Notes: generated by a model from the sequence alone, not told the origin. A stretch of 64,000 nucleotides of DNA from Candidatus Vogelbacteria bacterium (GCA_903864935.1 CAIPHT010000007.1:16293-80292), one strand, 5' to 3'. Shown: positions 37,211-46,033, counted from the stretch's first letter. Numbers and translations are program-made.

Positions 37211-37348
37211 GGCTTAAAAACTAGACCACTTTATCCCCAAAGGGGGAATCTTGATTTTTTTGCTCCAAAGCCCTATTATTAGGGAGCAATAAGATTTGCA
37301 AACCAAAAAATAAAGGTCGGTTATTAACCTTTTATTGAATTTTTTCAA

Positions 37349-37555
37349 ATGAAGAATTATATCATTGTTGCTGTTATCATCATCCTCATCATTGTTGGTG
37401 TTGTTTGGTTCAAGGCTAAGAGCCCAGCCCCTGTTGGTGAGACCACTGTCACTACCGAACCAGCTACTACTACTGACACCACTGTTGTCCCTGCCGCTGA
37501 AGTTCCAGCTGCTGAGACCCCAGCTGCCAGTACTACTGCCCCAGCTGCTCAATAA
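37349..37555 (+). CDS. small membrane-anchored protein with Thr/Ala/Pro-rich tail
   Basis: TM IIVAVIIILIIVGVVWF then TTVTTEPATTTDTTVVPAAEVPAAETPAASTTAPAAQ; followed by a strong terminator. Preferred over the antisense ORF 37214..37552. Confidence 0.45.
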   Translation: MKNYIIVAVIIILIIVGVVWFKAKSPAPVGETTVTTEPATTTDTTVVPAAEVPAAETPAASTTAPAAQ

Positions 37556-37572
37556 TCTTAAAAAGATTTAGA

Positions 37573-37607
37573 AAAACAACCCCGCTTAGCGGGGTTGTTT
37601 TCGTTTA
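37573..37607 (+). terminator. rho-independent terminator
   Basis: AACAACCCCGC-TTA-GCGGGGTTGTT followed by TTCGTTT. Confidence 0.6.
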
Positions 37608-37632
37608 CTTAAAAGTTTATAATTTTAGTTAT

Positions 37633-38154
37633 ATGGATTTAACTCTTATTGGTTACTCAAGCTTGTTTATTAGTTTATTAGCAGCCGTTTTTTTGGGTGC
37701 GGTCTTGGGGATTGAGAGAAATTTGGCCGGCAAGATGGCTGGTATGCGCACCTACTCCCTAGTTAGTCTTGGCTCAGCTCTCTTTGTTATCATCTCACGT
37801 TCGGTGATTGCCGAGTCGGGCCCATTAACGGCCGGGATTGACCCGCTTCGTATGGCTTCGCAAATTATTGTGGGCATCGGCTTCATTGGAGCCGGACTTG
37901 TTGTTTTGCGAGGTTCAAGATTAACCGGTATTACAACCGCGGCTGGAGTTTGGGTTTCGGCGGGGGTTGGTATGGCCTGTGGCTTCGGTCTCTATGCCCT
38001 AGCTCTGTTTACCACGGGGCTTACGCTCTTCATCTTTACCATTCTTTGGATTATTGAGCGTGATTATGTTCGCCGAATGTTAATTAAGGGAGAAATTCCT
38101 ACGCCGACTCAAGAAGAAGGTGACGAAGAAGATAATGGCGATAACGAAGAATAA
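37633..38154 (+). CDS. mgtC: MgtC/SapB-family membrane protein
   Basis: GAVLGIERNLAGKMAGMRTYSLVSLGSALFVII signature and 4-5 TM helices. Confidence 0.8.
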   Translation: MDLTLIGYSSLFISLLAAVFLGAVLGIERNLAGKMAGMRTYSLVSLGSALFVIISRSVIAESGPLTAGIDPLRMASQIIVGIGFIGAGLVVLRGSRLTGITTAAGVWVSAGVGMACGFGLYALALFTTGLTLFIFTILWIIERDYVRRMLIKGEIPTPTQEEGDEEDNGDNEE

Positions 38155-38764
38155 CCTTAGCGAGCGAGATGTAGCTCTTAAGAAAATCAGAGACGAAGTC
38201 TTAACCCTAGAAGACTCGCCTCTGTTTTTGTATCGGACAGAGAATAATTATTTGCCGGTGATCGGCGAAGGGAGTCACATTGCGAAGATTATGTTGGTGG
38301 GGGAGGCCCCAGGGAGGAATGAGGCGAAGTCGGGCAAACCTTTTTGTGGTTCGGCGGGAAAGATCTTAGACTCTCTCTTGGCCGAAGCCGGATTAAAAAG
38401 AGAAGAAATTTATATTACGAATATTGTCAAAGACCGACCACAAAAGAATAGAGATCCCTTGCCAGAGGAGATAGAAATGTATGGCCCATTTTTAGACCGG
38501 CAAATTGATATCATTCAGCCGAGAGTTTTAGTTGGCCTCGGGCGTTATTCATCCAAGTATCTCCTAGGGAAATTTGGTTTGGCCGAAGCAACACTCCCAA
38601 TTAGTGAACTCCACGGGAGGGCTTTTGAGGCAGTCGCTCCTTATGGTAAAGTGACCATAGTCCCTCTCTACCACCCCGCCGCCGCGATTTATAACCAACG
38701 CCTGATTGAGACTCTCAAAAAAGATTTTAAGATTTTGCCCTCCCTCCTCCCGCCAGACCTCTAG
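38120..38764 (+). CDS. udg: uracil-DNA glycosylase, family 4
   Basis: GEGSHIAKIMLVGEAPGRNEAKSGKPFCGSAGKILD (family-4 motif A) and C-terminal HPAAAIYN motif B; overlaps the mgtC 3' end. Alternative start at 38135. Confidence 0.85.
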   Translation: MTKKIMAITKNNLSERDVALKKIRDEVLTLEDSPLFLYRTENNYLPVIGEGSHIAKIMLVGEAPGRNEAKSGKPFCGSAGKILDSLLAEAGLKREEIYITNIVKDRPQKNRDPLPEEIEMYGPFLDRQIDIIQPRVLVGLGRYSSKYLLGKFGLAEATLPISELHGRAFEAVAPYGKVTIVPLYHPAAAIYNQRLIETLKKDFKILPSLLPPDL

Positions 38765-38850
38765 TGCTGTGCCCCTCGAAGCTTTAGCGAAGTGGGGAGC
38801 CCGAGGTCTGGCGGGTCTTAAATTGTCTTAAAACAAGGCTTTTCTTACTA

Positions 38851-38880
38851 TTGACAAGTAGGGCAATTTGGGTGTATAAT
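38851..38880 (+). promoter_or_regulatory. consensus sigma70 promoter of GC-rich cassette (TTGACA-N18-TATAAT)
   Basis: TTGACAAGTAGGGCAATTTGGGTGTATAAT; homologous to the promoters at 33858 and 59081. Confidence 0.55.
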
Positions 38881-39011
38881 GTAAGTAGAAGTTTGAAATA
38901 GAAATAGCGTTTTTTGTGAGGCAAACCGTGTTTGTCTTGCTGTCTTGTTTGGCCTCTTGCCTATCAGGTGAGAGGAACCCCCGACTATCAGTCGGGAGAA
39001 AGGCTACGGCC

Positions 39012-39605
39012 ATGTCAAAGTATGGACACAGAACAGGAGACTGGTGTGAGGCGATTGTGAACAAGCTTGGAGGAGAAGAAGCGGCTGACGCTTTCCTTCG
39101 GGACGAGTTGGTCATCTCCAAACGGCCCGCCGATGCCATCCTCGAGTTCGTCGGCACGGCCAACATCGCCGCCACGACAACGAAGTTCGTCGCCAAGGAA
39201 AAGTTCAAGCTGAAGAAGGATGGGGGCATCTGCTCCTATATCGGCGACAACTTCAAGGACTGGTTCGGCGGCAAAGAGGAGGATCCGCTTGCCGAAACCA
39301 CGCTCCGCTATGCCAAACTCCGCAAGTCGTCCGTCGACACCCCGATTGTCGCCGAGCTTGGCGGTGAAGCAAAGGCCGAGACCACGTTGACGGAAGTCTT
39401 TGGTCTTATGTCCAAACAGGCCAAGGCCGAGACTGGCGTTCTCCTCACCAATGGCTGGGCGAACATCTTCTATGTTCGCGATCAGAATGGTGTGTTGCGC
39501 GCGGTCTTCGTCCACTGGGACGACGGCGGCTGGAGCGTGCACGCGGGCGAGCTCGGCTACCCGGATACGTGGCTCGATGGCTACCAGGTGTTCTCTCGCA
39601 ATTAG
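39012..39605 (+). CDS. GC-rich cassette protein, paralog family member 2
   Basis: RBS GGGAGAAAGG 9 nt upstream; MSKYGHRTGDWCEAIVNKLGGEEAAD...IFYVRDQNGVLRAVFVHWDDGGWSVHAGELGY. Start set at the internal Met of track ORF 38916..39605. Confidence 0.6.
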   Translation: MSKYGHRTGDWCEAIVNKLGGEEAADAFLRDELVISKRPADAILEFVGTANIAATTTKFVAKEKFKLKKDGGICSYIGDNFKDWFGGKEEDPLAETTLRYAKLRKSSVDTPIVAELGGEAKAETTLTEVFGLMSKQAKAETGVLLTNGWANIFYVRDQNGVLRAVFVHWDDGGWSVHAGELGYPDTWLDGYQVFSRN

Positions 39606-39675
39606 CGCTTAGGGTCTTGGAAACTTCGGGTTTCTGACCCTTAGATCCTTTTGACCCTTTGGCCCTGTTCCCTTA

Positions 39676-39715
39676 ACCCCCGGACGCATTTCGTCCGGGG
39701 GTTTCGCTTTTTGGG
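39676..39715 (+). terminator. rho-independent terminator
   Basis: ACCCCCGGACG-CATTT-CGTCCGGGGGT followed by TTCGCTTTTTGGG. Confidence 0.6.
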
Positions 39716-39727
39716 AATTGTTATAGA

Positions 39728-40255
39728 ATGAGGGGGATGAATCTAGCCTTTATTGACGGGCAAAATTTGTATTTCAACACGGCCAAAAAAGAAATTGAGC
39801 CGTGGGTGGTGGATTTGGCCCGTTTTCGAATTTATTTGGAGAAAAAATATCAAGTCAAAGAGGCTTATTATTTTTTGGGTTATGAACAAGAAGAGAATAA
39901 AGATTTGTATGAAGAAATTAGAAAAGCTGGATTTGTTTTAAAATTTCGCAGTCATAATTTAGCAATGGAGGGTAAGAAAAAGGGTAATGTCGATTCGGAC
40001 ATTATCTTTCACATTATGAAAAAGTTATACAAAAAGGAGGATTTCGATAAGATTGTCTTAGTTTCTGGTGACGGGGACTATAAATTACTGGTTGATTTTC
40101 TGATTGAGGAGGGGAAATTTGAGAGAATTTTGTTCCCGGACAAGAGATTTAGATCGTCTTTGTATCAAGAATTGGGTTCAGAATATTTTGATTATCTAGA
40201 AAGCAAGAGTATTAAAGAAAAAATTCAGTATAAACGAAAAGGGCTCCTTAGGTAG
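39728..40255 (+). CDS. NYN/LabA-like nuclease-domain protein (paralog 2)
   Basis: FIDGQN N-terminus, DSDIIFHIM, LVSGDGDYKLLVDFLIEEG; paralog of 25714..26322. Confidence 0.65.
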   Translation: MRGMNLAFIDGQNLYFNTAKKEIEPWVVDLARFRIYLEKKYQVKEAYYFLGYEQEENKDLYEEIRKAGFVLKFRSHNLAMEGKKKGNVDSDIIFHIMKKLYKKEDFDKIVLVSGDGDYKLLVDFLIEEGKFERILFPDKRFRSSLYQELGSEYFDYLESKSIKEKIQYKRKGLLR

Positions 40256-40339
40256 TTAGCCGTTCGGATCCCTTTTCTTCTGAATACTTAAATAATAGCA
40301 AAATAGACAGAAAAAGTCAACCAAGTATAATGCAATAAT

Positions 40340-41101
40340 ATGTCCACTAAACTCAAAATTTATTCTTGGAATGTGAATGGCATACGCGCGGCGGTGAAGA
40401 ACGGTTTTGTGGAGTGGTTGAAGGAGGAGAAGCCAGATATTGTGGGTCTCCAAGAAATTAAAATTAATGACGTAGCCCGAGCCAAAGAGGAATTCGATTT
40501 TGCCGGTTACAATGAGTATTGGCATCATGCCAAGCGCCCGGGCTATTCAGGGACAGCTGTTCTCTCAAAGATTGAACCCATTTCTGTTAGTCGTGGTGAT
40601 TGGGATGACGAAGGGCGGGTGATAACCCTTGAGTTTGAGAAGTTCTATTTTGTTAATTGTTATTTTCCTAACTCGCAACACGAGTTAGCTCGGCTTGATT
40701 TCAAAGAAGAATTTAATAAGAAGTGGCTGGCTTATATTAAGAAGTTAGAGGAGAAGAAACCGGTCGTCACTTGTGGCGACTTCAATGTGGCCCATCAAGA
40801 GATAGACTTGGCTCGACCTAAGGATAATGTTGGCAACCCTGGCTTTACCAATGAAGAGCGAGCATGGGCCGATAAATTCCTCCAACATGGCCTCATTGAT
40901 ACCTATCGCTTGATAAATGGCGACAAAGTGCAGTATTCTTGGTGGAGTTATCGGATGGCGGCCCGTGCGCGGAATATTGGTTGGCGTATTGATTATTTTC
41001 TCGTGAGCGAGAAATTAAAGAAAAATATTAAGGATGCTTTTATTCATGATACCCAGATGGGCTCCGACCATTGCCCGGTCGGAATTGTTCTTGAGATTTA
41101 A
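40340..41101 (+). CDS. xth: exodeoxyribonuclease III (AP endonuclease)
   Basis: IYSWNVNGIRA, LQEIK, GDFNVAH, and C-terminal SDHCPV motifs. Confidence 0.95.
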   Translation: MSTKLKIYSWNVNGIRAAVKNGFVEWLKEEKPDIVGLQEIKINDVARAKEEFDFAGYNEYWHHAKRPGYSGTAVLSKIEPISVSRGDWDDEGRVITLEFEKFYFVNCYFPNSQHELARLDFKEEFNKKWLAYIKKLEEKKPVVTCGDFNVAHQEIDLARPKDNVGNPGFTNEERAWADKFLQHGLIDTYRLINGDKVQYSWWSYRMAARARNIGWRIDYFLVSEKLKKNIKDAFIHDTQMGSDHCPVGIVLEI

Positions 41102-41102
41102 C

Positions 41103-41135
41103 TTTACTACTTACTACTTATTACTTACTACTACC
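41103..41135. repeat. heptanucleotide tandem repeat (TTACTAC)n, about 4.5 units
   Basis: TTTACTACTTACTACTTATTACTTACTACTAC between xth and holA. Confidence 0.6.
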
Positions 41136-41139
41136 CAAA

Positions 41140-41955
41140 ATGATCTACCTTTTTTATGGCAATGATGAGATAAGAAGTCGCGATAAGTATAACGCGGTGA
41201 TTAATTTGCTTTTGGCGAAGAGTCCTGAGGCGAGCCTCTTCCGTCTCACTAAAGAAACCTTCAAAGAAGATGATGTGAGCGAATTAACCCGCGGGCAAGG
41301 CCTCTTCTATAATAAATTTATTGTGGCTTGTGATAATCTTTTGAGTCCGGTTAAAAAAGTGAAGGAAGGTAAGGACGAGAAAGACCCCTCGACTGCGCTC
41401 GGGGCAGGGGATGGCGATAATTCTTTTGTGGAAAGTGAGGAGAAGAGTGATAAAACAGATTGGATTAAATTAGCGGCGAAGTCGGAGAATGTTTTTATTT
41501 TTCTTGAGAATAATTTGCCGGCGAAGACTTTAGAAAAGCTGGAGAAATTGGCGGCTAAGACCCAAAACTTCGAGAAGAGTGGGGGAGCCCTCCGACTTTA
41601 TGGTGGAGCTCCTGGCTTCAACATTTTCTCAATCACCGACGCCTTCACGGCCAAGAATAAGAATCGCGCTTGGGCCCTCTATCAAGAGGCGATGATGCAT
41701 GGCATTTCATCTGAAGAAATATTATGGAAGTTGATTTGGGCGACAAATAACTTAATGTTGGTGAAGAATACTAAAGATGCGAGCAAGCTCAAGATGAAGC
41801 CCTTCCCTTTGGCCAAAGCTAAGTCGGCCGCCAAGACTTTCTCTAATGATGAACTTAAAAAACTCTCGGGGAGCTTCGTTGATCTCTATCACGAGAACTA
41901 CCTTGGGACTGACGAGTTTGAGTTTGGGTTAGAGAGGATAATCTTAAGTATTTGA
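41140..41955 (+). CDS. holA: DNA polymerase III delta subunit (HolA-like)
   Basis: MIYLFYGNDE N-terminus typical of delta; 271 aa, helical C-terminal domain. Confidence 0.55.
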   Translation: MIYLFYGNDEIRSRDKYNAVINLLLAKSPEASLFRLTKETFKEDDVSELTRGQGLFYNKFIVACDNLLSPVKKVKEGKDEKDPSTALGAGDGDNSFVESEEKSDKTDWIKLAAKSENVFIFLENNLPAKTLEKLEKLAAKTQNFEKSGGALRLYGGAPGFNIFSITDAFTAKNKNRAWALYQEAMMHGISSEEILWKLIWATNNLMLVKNTKDASKLKMKPFPLAKAKSAAKTFSNDELKKLSGSFVDLYHENYLGTDEFEFGLERIILSI

Positions 41956-41990
41956 AATTAGCCAGAATTTTGCTATTATCTTCTTGTTAT

Positions 41991-42063
41991 CCGCTCATAG
42001 CTCAGCTGGTAGAGCAGCTCCCTTTTAAGGAGACGGTCGCAGGTTCGATTCCTGCTGAGCGGA
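41991..42063 (+). tRNA. tRNA-Lys (anticodon TTT)
   Basis: Cloverleaf: acceptor CCGCTCA/TGAGCGG, D-arm GCTCAGCTGGTAGAGC, anticodon loop CTTTTAA, T-arm GCAGGTTCGATTCCTGC. Close to canonical bacterial tRNA-Lys(UUU). Confidence 0.85.
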
Positions 42064-42070
42064 CAAAATA

Positions 42071-42097
42071 AAGAACCGCGTAGGCGGTTTTTATTTT
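42071..42097 (+). terminator. rho-independent terminator after tRNA-Lys
   Basis: AACCGC-GTAG-GCGGTT followed by TTTATTTT. Confidence 0.6.
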
Positions 42098-42279
42098 GTC
42101 CGCGAAAGCAAGCAAACTGCTTTGCTTGCGAGCAGGAATCGAACAGCGGAGCGATGTTTCTTCACCAGAAGAAACTAGCGAGCTGGTGCCCAGACAAGAC
42201 CGAGCGACGGCGAGGGCTTAGTCGCGGGAGATTCCTTTGTGGCTAGAAAAAAAGTTAATGGACTGGTATTGTAACTCTA

Positions 42280-42753
42280 ATGAAAAAAGAAGCTATAATT
42301 ATCCTCCCCGACATTCGGAGTTCTCTAAATGTTGGCTCAATCTTTCGCACCGCTGATGCCTGTGGGGTGAGCAAAATATACCTTGCTGGCTATACTCCGG
42401 CGCCTGTCGATCAATTCGGACGAGCTGATAAACAGATTGCGAAGACGGCTCTCGGGGCCGAGAAGAACATCCCTTGGGAGAAGGCCGAAGGTATTGATAA
42501 ACTTATCACTAAATTAAAAAAAGAGGGATTTTATATTGTTGCCATCGAGCAAGCTGAGAATTCGGTTGATTATAAAAAAGTTAAGGCCAAGGCTAAAACT
42601 GCTTTTCTCTTTGGCAACGAAGTTGAGGGTATCTCCAAAACTATTCTGAAAAAGTGCGATGTGACTGCCGAGATCCCGATGGCGGGGGACAAGGAATCCC
42701 TTAATGTCTCCGTCTCCGCCGGCGTGGCTTTATTTCGGATTTTGAATGTATAA
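42280..42753 (+). CDS. SpoU/TrmH-family RNA 2'-O-methyltransferase
   Basis: Motif 1 RSSLNVGSIFRTADA, motif 2 LFGNEVEGIS, motif 3 IPMAGDKESLNVSVSAGVALF (SPOUT knot). Confidence 0.85.
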   Translation: MKKEAIIILPDIRSSLNVGSIFRTADACGVSKIYLAGYTPAPVDQFGRADKQIAKTALGAEKNIPWEKAEGIDKLITKLKKEGFYIVAIEQAENSVDYKKVKAKAKTAFLFGNEVEGISKTILKKCDVTAEIPMAGDKESLNVSVSAGVALFRILNV

Positions 42754-42969
42754 AAAAGGGCCATCACTGAGTCGGTGCCCTTTTTCGCTCGCCACTACTT
42801 GGGCTCTCCGATTCGCGAGGTTTACTCTTTCCTCGTTCTCACCATTGGACTGGCTGTGATGGCCGTTTGAACAGCTTAACATAATACTTAGTTAAGTAAA
42901 CATCTCTTGACATTTAATTTAGCTGTAATACAATGTATTACAGCATTATTAATATAATAAAATAATAAT

Positions 42970-43185
42970 ATGCGTAGCATTGTAAATATTTCATTACCTC
43001 CTAGTTTGCTTAAGGAGGTCAACAAAGAGGTCAAAGATGGCGGGTTTGCTTCTAAGAGTGAATTTTTCCGTCAGCTTTTGCGATCTTGGCGCGAGGCCAA
43101 ACTCTTTTTAGAGTTAGAAAAAAGTCACAAAGAAGTCCTGGCTGGCAAGGCTAAGGTGCTAAAGTCTCTTAAAGATCTTCGTTAA
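42970..43185 (+). CDS. ribbon-helix-helix (CopG/ParD-like) antitoxin
   Basis: SLPPSLLKEVNKEVKDGGFASKSEFFRQLLRSW is RHH-like; 71 aa, 4 nt upstream of the toxin gene. Confidence 0.65.
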   Translation: MRSIVNISLPPSLLKEVNKEVKDGGFASKSEFFRQLLRSWREAKLFLELEKSHKEVLAGKAKVLKSLKDLR

Positions 43186-43189
43186 AAAC

Positions 43190-43447
43190 ATGAAACTTTT
43201 TTACACTAGCAAATTTGCTCGGGAGTATAAAAAGTTGAATACAGAAATCCAGGATCTGGTGGATGGGAAAATAGAGATATTCAGGGAATCCTCGTTTTCT
43301 TCCAAGCTAAGAACACACAAGCTTCACGGTTCGCTGGCTAATTATTATGCTTTTTCTGTTACCTCAAAAATAAGGATTATTTTTCGTTATGGTGAAAAAG
43401 GGGAGGCTTATCTTCATTCCGTTGGTGATCACGGAATTTATGAATAA
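43190..43447 (+). CDS. RelE/ParE-family type II toxin
   Basis: 85 aa; KLHGSLANYYAFSVTSKIRIIFRYGEKGEAYLHSVGDH matches the RelE/ParE C-terminal core. Confidence 0.7.
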   Translation: MKLFYTSKFAREYKKLNTEIQDLVDGKIEIFRESSFSSKLRTHKLHGSLANYYAFSVTSKIRIIFRYGEKGEAYLHSVGDHGIYE

Positions 43448-43613
43448 ATAAAAAAGGCCATCGCTTGGTTGCCTTTTTTGGACTTGAAGTCCTCAGGGTC
43501 TCCTGTCAACTCAAGTAGAATACTACACTCTTGAGGCACAGGTCAGTGCAGCCGACCCCACAATAGGGGGTTGCGATGGCAAATTCAATTTAGCATATAT
43601 TTTAATTTTAAAC

Positions 43614-43646
43614 AAAAAAGCCCTGCCGTTGGAAATACGGCAGGGT
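43614..43646. terminator. bidirectional terminator (serves mutM on minus strand)
   Basis: AAAAAAG-CCCTGCCG-TTGGAAATA-CGGCAGGG; T-run on the minus strand. Confidence 0.55.
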
Positions 43647-43767
43647 GGACAGAGCCATACGCTAGTCGGGGTCCGTCTGGTGCTTCAGTTTGACCTCCAC
43701 CACAGACTAGATTTTCCCGAGCCTGCAACGCATAACCCAAATCCAATTATATTTCTAGCAGATTACC

Positions 43768-44673
43768 TTACTTTTGGCAACTGGCACAAAAGTGAGTACC
43801 CCTGCCGGCGTGGCGGATCTTTTGGATCGGGCGACCACAGACCTTGCAAGGCTCGCCTTCGCGACCATAGACATTAAGATGGGGGACGAAGCCGCCCCTG
43901 GTGCCATCGCTCCGGCGGTAATTGCGAGAGGAAGTGCCTTTCTTTTGGATTGAGAGCTTGAGAACTTTAATAATATTGTCTCGCAAATTTTTTATCTCCG
44001 CTGGCTTGAGGGTTGAAACTTTTCTCGTTGGGAGAAATTTAGACAAGAAGCAGGCTTCATCGGCATAGATATTCCCAATCCCAGCAATCAGGGTTTGATC
44101 AAGAAGTATTTGTTTGATTGTTCTATTTTTATATTTCTTAAATATCTCAGCAAGAAGGCTGGGAGTGAAGATGGGGGAGAGCGGTTCGGGGCCGATATTC
44201 TCGACGAGTTTGCCTATTTGCTTATCATCCGCTAGTCTTACCCAACCAAATTTGCGCAGGTCATTGAAGTAGAGTTTAGACTTATCAGTGAATTCAAAAA
44301 TGAGGCGAGTGTATTTGGAGGGTTGCTTCTCGAGCATTTGGTCATCGGGATGTCCTCCAAGGACCGCTTGCCCGAGGACAGTCCTTGAACTGCCCCTAAG
44401 GACTGTCCTCGGGCAAGCTGGAACAAAAATTAATTGCCCTGTCATCTTGAGATGCACCGCGAGCGCCAAGTCACCCTCAAAATCAATAAAAAGCATTTTG
44501 GCCCTGCGCCTTACTTCTTTTATTTTTTTCCCTTTTATTTGTTTGAGAAATTCGTTGGGTGAGAAAGGACCCACCGTTTTAGCCCAAAGAACCTGAGTGT
44601 CTTTAATCTCCAGACCAATCAGGACTTTATTTAGTTCGCGTTTTAGAGTCTCAACTTCTGGTAGTTCGGGCAT
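43768..44673 (-). CDS. mutM: formamidopyrimidine-DNA glycosylase (Fpg/MutM)
   Basis: MPELPEVE catalytic N-terminus, H2TH, C-terminal zinc finger CKVCGRPIQ...CASCQ. Contains an in-frame palindromic insertion (RTVL repeat). Confidence 0.9.
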   Translation of the reverse strand: MPELPEVETLKRELNKVLIGLEIKDTQVLWAKTVGPFSPNEFLKQIKGKKIKEVRRRAKMLFIDFEGDLALAVHLKMTGQLIFVPACPRTVLRGSSRTVLGQAVLGGHPDDQMLEKQPSKYTRLIFEFTDKSKLYFNDLRKFGWVRLADDKQIGKLVENIGPEPLSPIFTPSLLAEIFKKYKNRTIKQILLDQTLIAGIGNIYADEACFLSKFLPTRKVSTLKPAEIKNLRDNIIKVLKLSIQKKGTSSRNYRRSDGTRGGFVPHLNVYGREGEPCKVCGRPIQKIRHAGRGTHFCASCQK

Positions 44674-44686
44674 AAAACCCAATATA

Positions 44687-46021
44687 CTATGAATTTAGAA
44701 TTTTCTGCAATTCTTCTTTAACGACGATGCGATCATCCCAAGGGGAAGTAATTCCATTGACGGTGATGGATTGCTCAGCGCCTTTGCCAGTGATTATCAC
44801 CACGTCACCTGAGCGGGCGAGGGAGAGGCACTTATTGATGCCGGCGCGGCGGTCTTCGATTACAAATAAATTTTCATTTCTGGTTTTGCCATTAACTTCG
44901 GCCACTTTGGCAATATCCTCGGCAATCTCGGTCGGGCTGTCATCATAAGGGTCAACATTACTTACCACTACATAGTCGGCCCGTTTGCCCACAATCTCGC
45001 CCATTAGGGCGCGCTTAGCTTTGTCGCGACCACCACCCTCGGCTCCTAAGTTCACAATAATCCGCCGGCTGGCGGAACCCGTGTCATTTTCTCGAATCAT
45101 CTCAGCTGTCTCCATTGCTCGCGTCATGCTCTCTTTCTCGTGGGCATAGTCCACAATTACGGTGAAGTCTTGCCCTAAGTTTATCTTTTCCATTCGGCCG
45201 GGGATTAAGCTTAATTTGGCTAAGCCATTTTTAATTTGATCATTCGAGAGCCCGGCTTCTTGGCCAACAATAATGGCTGGTAAAGCGTTGTAGATATTAA
45301 AAGCGCCAACGATATTAATTTTGTATTTCTCATTATTAACTTCGAATTCTACCCCTTCTTCGTTGCCGGAGATATTGGTGGCGATAAAAGCAGCATCTGT
45401 TTCTAAGCCGTATGTAATTTTTTTATCGGCGGGGAAGCTTAAGAAGAAATCTTTGTTTGGGTCGTCATTATTAATAACCGAAAGTGATTTAATCTCACGA
45501 TTTCCTATTATTTTTTTGTGGTTTTTAAGGGTAGCAAAGAGTTCACCTTTTTTACCCTTATATTCCTCGAAGCTGTTGTTGTGAGAGGCGAGATGTTCTG
45601 GCGTGAGGTTGGTAAATATAACCCAATCATAATTAATGCCAATGTGGCGGAATTGTTTGATACCCTCTGAGGTGGTCTCGACAATACAATATTTACATCC
45701 AGCATCGAGCATTTGCTTGAAGAACTTTTGCAGGACGAAGCGCCCAGGCATGGTCATGTGGTATTTGTTTAGAATCTCTTTGTCTCCAATTCTTATGTTT
45801 GCTGTCCCTGTCAGCCCAGTTTTTAGGCCGTTCTCATTAAGAACTGACCAGAGGAAATTGCCGGCGGAGGTCTTGCCCTTGGTGCCTGTTATCCCAATAA
45901 CAATCATCTTGTTTGTGGGATGACCATAATAAAAGGCGGCTAAGTGGGAGAGGGCCCAGTGGTAACGAAGGAAAAGTTTTTCTGGTAAGAACCTTTTAAT
46001 TATTCTTTTTAATTTCTTCAT
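44687..46021 (-). CDS. Mur-ligase-family protein (P-loop near N-terminus; MurT/FPGS/CapB-like order rather than MurC-F)
   Basis: IGITGTKGKTS P-loop at residue ~43, Mur ligase middle and C domains, VIVDYAHE; adjacent to FemAB. Confidence 0.6.
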   Translation of the reverse strand: MKKLKRIIKRFLPEKLFLRYHWALSHLAAFYYGHPTNKMIVIGITGTKGKTSAGNFLWSVLNENGLKTGLTGTANIRIGDKEILNKYHMTMPGRFVLQKFFKQMLDAGCKYCIVETTSEGIKQFRHIGINYDWVIFTNLTPEHLASHNNSFEEYKGKKGELFATLKNHKKIIGNREIKSLSVINNDDPNKDFFLSFPADKKITYGLETDAAFIATNISGNEEGVEFEVNNEKYKINIVGAFNIYNALPAIIVGQEAGLSNDQIKNGLAKLSLIPGRMEKINLGQDFTVIVDYAHEKESMTRAMETAEMIRENDTGSASRRIIVNLGAEGGGRDKAKRALMGEIVGKRADYVVVSNVDPYDDSPTEIAEDIAKVAEVNGKTRNENLFVIEDRRAGINKCLSLARSGDVVIITGKGAEQSITVNGITSPWDDRIVVKEELQKILNS

Positions 46022-46033
46022 TTTGTTTTTTAG

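Noticed and set aside
37214-37552. 112-aa minus-strand ORF (Ser/Trp/Gly-rich) antisense to the small membrane protein gene
   Set aside because: Highly biased Ser/Gly composition from antisense of a Thr/Ala/Pro-rich region. The plus-strand ORF has a clean TM and a terminator.
39015-39612. 39015..39542 minus and 39400..39612 plus ORFs over the third GC-rich cassette
   Set aside because: Same shadow-ORF reasoning. The plus-frame 39012..39605 is homologous to the other cassette proteins.
42128-42145. Possible additional tRNA gene on the minus strand downstream of tRNA-Lys
   Set aside because: Only the T-loop plus 3' T-stem (13 nt) is present; no acceptor or anticodon arms can be folded. Treated as a fragment and recorded as a finding.
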